Assembly: GCF_963921235.1 (NCBI RefSeq) | Contig: NC_086097.1 | Span: forward strand, 122,018,001-122,082,000 | Direction: 5' to 3' | DNA from: Mobula hypostoma | Lineage: Eukaryota | DNA length: 64,000 bases | Shown: positions 59,520 to 64,000 of the stretch, in pieces | How positions within the stretch are numbered: the stretch's first letter is position 1 | How the letters are laid out: every line of letters begins with the position of its first letter | Notes under the pieces: model-generated | Told to the model about the DNA's origin: nothing | Database searches by the model: none | The model's input: only the letters and a program-made list of their open reading frames with translations | Made by a program: the position numbers and the translations under genes

Positions 59520-62500
59520 TGTAAAGGGGTTTTGTCTTTATGTTACTATGTAGGCTAATTAAAATGGCTTCTTTTTTATGTTATACTTGTGAATGCTTCT
59601 TTGTTATGTTATACTTGGGAATTCTCCTTTGTTATGTTAAACGCTGAGAAAGTTTGTTTTGGGTTAGGCGGTGATATGAAGATGTTACAAACCAATTGGG
59701 ATAGTTGTTATGATTTTGGTGTATAGAAACATAGAAACATAGAAAATAGGTGCAGGAGTAGACCATTCGGCCCTTCGAGCCTGCACCGCCATTTATTATG
59801 ATCACGGCTGATCATCCAACTCAGAAACCCGCCCCAGCCTTCCCTCCATACCCCCTGACCCCCGTAGCCACAAGGGCCATATCTAACTCCCTCTTAAATA
59901 TAGCCAATGAACTGGCCTCAACAGTTTCCTGTGGCAGAGAATTCTACAGATTCACCACTCTCTGTGTGAAGAAGTTTTTCCTAATCTCGGTCCTAAAAGG
60001 CTTCCCTTCTATCCTCAAACGGTGGCCCCTCGTTCTGGACTTCCCCAACATCGGGAACAATCTTCCTGCATCTAGCCTGTCCAATCCCTTTAGGATCTTA
60101 TACGTTTCAATCAGATACCCCCTCAATCTTCTAAATTCCAACGAGTACAAGCCCAGTTCATCCAGTCTTTCTTCATATGAAAGTCCTGCCATCCCAGGAA
60201 TCAATCTGGTGAACCTTCTTTGTACTCCCTCTACGGCAAAGATGTCTTTCCTCAGATTAGGGGACCAAAACTGCACACAATACTCCAGGTGTGGTCTCAC
60301 CAAGGCCTTGTACAACTGCAGTAGTACCTCCCTGCTCCTGTACTCGAATCCTCTCACTATAAATGCCAGCATACCATTCGCCTTTTTCACCGCCTGCTGT
60401 ACCTGCATGCCCACTTTCAATGACTGGTGTGTAATGACACCCAGGTCTCGTTGCACCTCCCCTTTTCCTAATCAGCCACCATTCAGATAGTAATCTGTTT
60501 TCCTATTTTTGCGACTAAAGTGGATAACTTCACATTTATCCACATTAAATTGCATCTGCCATGAATTTGCCCACTCACCCAACCTATCCAAGTCACCCTG
60601 CATCCTCTTAGAATCCTCCTCACTGCTAACACTGCCACCCAGCTTCGTGTCATCCGCAAACTTGGAGATGCTGCATTTAATTCCCTCATCCAAGTCATTA
60701 ATATATATTGTAAACAACTGGGGTCCCAGCACTGAGCCTTGCGGTACCCCACTAGTCACCACCTGGCATTCTGAAAAGGTCCCGTTTATTCCCACTCTTT
60801 GCTTCCTGTCTGCTAACCAATTCTCCACCCACACCAATAGCTTACCCCCAATACCGTGTGCTTTAAGTTTGCACACTAATCTCCTGTGTGGGACCTTGTC
60901 AAAAGTCTTTTGAAAATCCAAATATACCACATCCACTGGTTCTCCCCTATCCACTCTACTAGTTACATCCTCAAAAAATTCTATGAGATTCGTCAGACAT
61001 GATTTTCCTTTCACAAATCCATGCTGACTTTGTCCGATCATTTCACCGCTTTCCAAATGTGCTGTTATCACATCCTTGATAACTGACTCCAGCAGTTTCC
61101 CCACCACCGACGTTGGGCTAATCGGTCTATAATTCCCTGGTTTCTCTCTCCCTCCTTTTTTAAAAAGTGGGGTTACATTAGCCACCCTCCAATCCTCAGG
61201 AACTAGCCCAGAATCTAACGAGTTTTGAAAAATTATCACTAATGCATCCACTATTTCTTGGGCTACTTCCTTAAGCACTCTAGGATGCAGAACATCTGGC
61301 CCTGGGGATTTATCTGCCTTCAATCCCTTCAATTTACCTAACACCACTTCTTTACTAACATGTATTTCACTCAGTTCCTCCATCTCACTGGACTCTCTGT
61401 CCCTTACTATTTCTGGAAGATTATTTATGTCCTCCTTAGTGAAGACAGAACCAAAGTAATTATTCAATTGGTCTGCCATGTCCTTGCTCCCCATAATCAA
61501 TTCACCTGTTTCTGTCTGCAGGGGACCTACATTTGTCTTTACCAGTCTTTTCCTTTTTACATATCGAAAAAGCTTTTACAGTCCGTTTTTATGTTCCCTG
61601 CCAGTGTTCTCTCATAATCTTTTTTCCCCTTCCTAATCAAGCCCTTTGTCCTCCTCTGCTGAACTCTGAATTTCTCCCAGTCCTCAGGTGAGCCACTTTC
61701 TCTGGCTAATTTGTATGCTTCTTCTTTGGAATTGATACTATCCCTAATTTCTCTTGTCAGCTACGGGTGCACTACCTTCCTTGATTTAATCTTTTGCCAA
61801 ACTGGAAGATTTGTATGCATGGGGTTTAGGGGGCAGAAGGCAGGTGAGAGAGACAGAGGATGGACAAGGTGCTGTGATGTCCGCTAACGGGGTCGGACCG
61901 CGAGGAGGGCGTTCAGCGAGGAGACGGAGACGGACTTGTGTGGAGCATCTGGTTGACCACCATTTTTGGTCCCAGGCAGCCGGTTGAGCTGGTCCGAGGG
62001 GTCGCAGGGTGAAGAAGGGTCCTGGGCTCCAACTGTTTGTACACGAAGAGATTGATCTTTGATAAGTGTGGTGCCTTTGATTTTCCTTTTTTAATTATAT
62101 AGTTTCATTAATATCTATAAACTGTAAATCATTTAATCGTATCTAGTGTATTGTCTGTTATTTGGACGGGGTGGGGTACATCACGCAGCATCCACACAAA
62201 CTAATTACCCAGTTTGGCGGGGCCAAGGGCTGTTCCCCTAGACGACAGTGAGCCGAGCGACCCTGAGGTCGGCCAGGGGGGCTACATTGTGGGGGCTCAT
62301 CCGGGATTGGGTCTACTGGTATGCTGTGTGGGTGCCCTGGTTAAATTTGTAATGTGTGTCTCTGTGGGTTATTTGCTGGTTATTGCTGTATGCGTGGTGG
62401 GTGCAGTTTTTGTTCAAGTTCAGGCTGGCATTGACGAGTTGGAGCTGGCACTTGGGGCTGCCTATGCTGTTGGGAGAGAGAGGAAAGAGTGGTCTGATTT

Positions 62501-64000
62501 GGAGGTAGTGTGTGCAAATAAATGTTCTAGCTCTGGCAGGCTCCGCCTGGTGCTTGGGATAGTGTCCACCCCAAGAGGGGCGGAAGCATGCGAGACGTGG
62601 GTGGCGCGGATCTCTCAGTTGTTAGATGAGTGGCAGTGCTAGGTTGAGGGAGAGTGACAGGGATTGGTTGAAAGTTTAAGTAGTTGGGCTGGTGACGGTG
62701 TTAGAGCTGTCAGGTTCACTTACACCGTACTGACAGCTGTCAGTTATTTGAAAGAGGGGGAAAGTTTTCAGTGTGCCTTCTCTGGCTAGGAGGGCGGCTA
62801 AATTGCTTGCAGTGCCAGGGGGATCATTTCAGGGGATCAGCCCCTCCTTCAGTTGTTCAGATGATCAGAGAGGTGTTGAGAAACTTAGTGGAGGCCCAGT
62901 GGGGGAACGGCTTGGGGTCTCTGGGGAAGCACGTTCCCAGCAATGTACCAATGAACTTCCTCAAGGAAAAGACCCTATTCCTGAAGGCTTAGAGGGACCA
63001 CGCCCCAGGGTGTCGTTATGGATAGAGGGAAGCGATGTTAAAGCCATCCTCGACCCCGGGGCGCAGGTCAAGTTGTTGTACAGTTCGTTTTACAACCGGT
63101 GTCTGAAGCATTTACCCCTGACTACCGCAAGGGCACCGGAGATTTTGGGTACCAGTGCCAGTAGTTATCCAGAAGATGATGATTGGTAAATGACCCTGGA
63201 GTTTATGGGGGCATTGTCTGGGCACCCAGCGTGTCGAGTTGCTTCTGAGGTCGTGTGTAGCAGCCTTGAGCCGGTACCGAATTTAAGCGAGACCCAGCGG
63301 TGGAACGGCTTGGGGAAAATAGCTGAGGGTGAGACCCTCTTAGTAGATGCTCCGAACTACCACTCGGGAGGGGAGTTGACCGCTGAAGAAACCTCAGTGA
63401 GAGAGAGGTCGCGGCAACTGGACCCTGGCGCCATGGAAAATGGAGGCAGTGTGTGTGTGGATTGTGTGACGTGGTTTAATGTGCTGGATCTGAGGAGTGG
63501 ATGTTGCTAGATCCCAAGGAGGGCGGCTGTTGAGCCGAAAATGGCTGTTATTAGTTCCCTAAGATTATTCTGATCCAAAAAGATGCCCAAGGGCATATCC
63601 GGAGCCCCTGCATCCTTCCCGCGCGGCATGAGGAAGACCATGGGGGAAGTGAAGGTGTGTGGAGTTTTGGCATATATGGATGACTGCCTAGAGCTTGGAT
63701 TCGCCTGGGGTGACTATGAGGCGAGGCGAGTGGCTGAGCCTGGGTGACAGAAGCAAAGTGTCACATGTGGAGGAGTTTCTGGCCGGAGGATTTTGGTGCA
63801 ATGTGAGAAAAATGACCCGACATACCAGTTGAACTTCCTGGTGTTGGAGCAGACGGTGGTGGACCTGGGGATGGAAACCCAGGTCGTCAATCTGAATGAG
63901 ACACAGGGAAGAGAGGGGATTTGCACCGCACTGCGGTCATGTACTGATGAATTAATCCAGCGAGAAGAAACAATGACCCACCTTCGAAGGGATCAGCAGA
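59520..64000 (+). mobile_element. Gypsy LTR element (PNMA-like gag lineage); 5' LTR 59520-62286 split by CR1; runs off the window
   Basis: TGTA...TACA LTR ends; PBS-Pro TGGGGGCTCATCCGGGAT 62290-62307; gag RLRLVLG...ETWVARISQLLDEWQ; protease [28 protein letters not shown]...LAYMDD. U5 and protease resemble the 15-18 kb element. Confidence 0.88.
59723..61805 (-). mobile_element. Young 5'-truncated CR1 LINE, close relative of the 40637-43094 copy
   Basis: Near-identical RT peptides (60472-61500, 59944-60456) with a few stops and frameshifts; same (TTTCTATG)n tail. Confidence 0.95.

Noticed and set aside
59798..60490. 230-aa plus-strand ORF
   Set aside because: Antisense shadow of CR1 ORF2; not continuous in the sister copy.

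Overview
Eukaryotic (vertebrate) genomic DNA. The repeat repertoire (CR1 with (TTTCTATG)n tails, V-SINE, Penelope-like pLTR fragments, Rex1/Babar-type LINEs) suggests a cartilaginous fish, probably a ray; this is an inference. The only host coding sequence I can support is one 120-bp minus-strand exon (10055-10174) of a DOK4/5/6-family gene, most likely DOK6. The rest is probably intronic and is a dense mosaic of nested transposable elements: CR1, L2, Rex1/Babar, RTE, R4/Dong-like and Hero non-LTR fragments; three Gypsy-type LTR elements with tRNA-Pro primer sites, one a SCAN-domain Gmr1-like gag-pro element; a decayed env-bearing ERV split by two later insertions; and Tc1/mariner and hAT derivatives. 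The most striking signal is in the Hero 3' UTR (49561-49632). All hammerhead ribozyme core nucleotides are present, with fully paired stems I and III, but in a strand order that fits none of the standard type I/II/III permutations, and stem III carries a Kt-7-like kink-turn. All calls are by eye; no searches were run.
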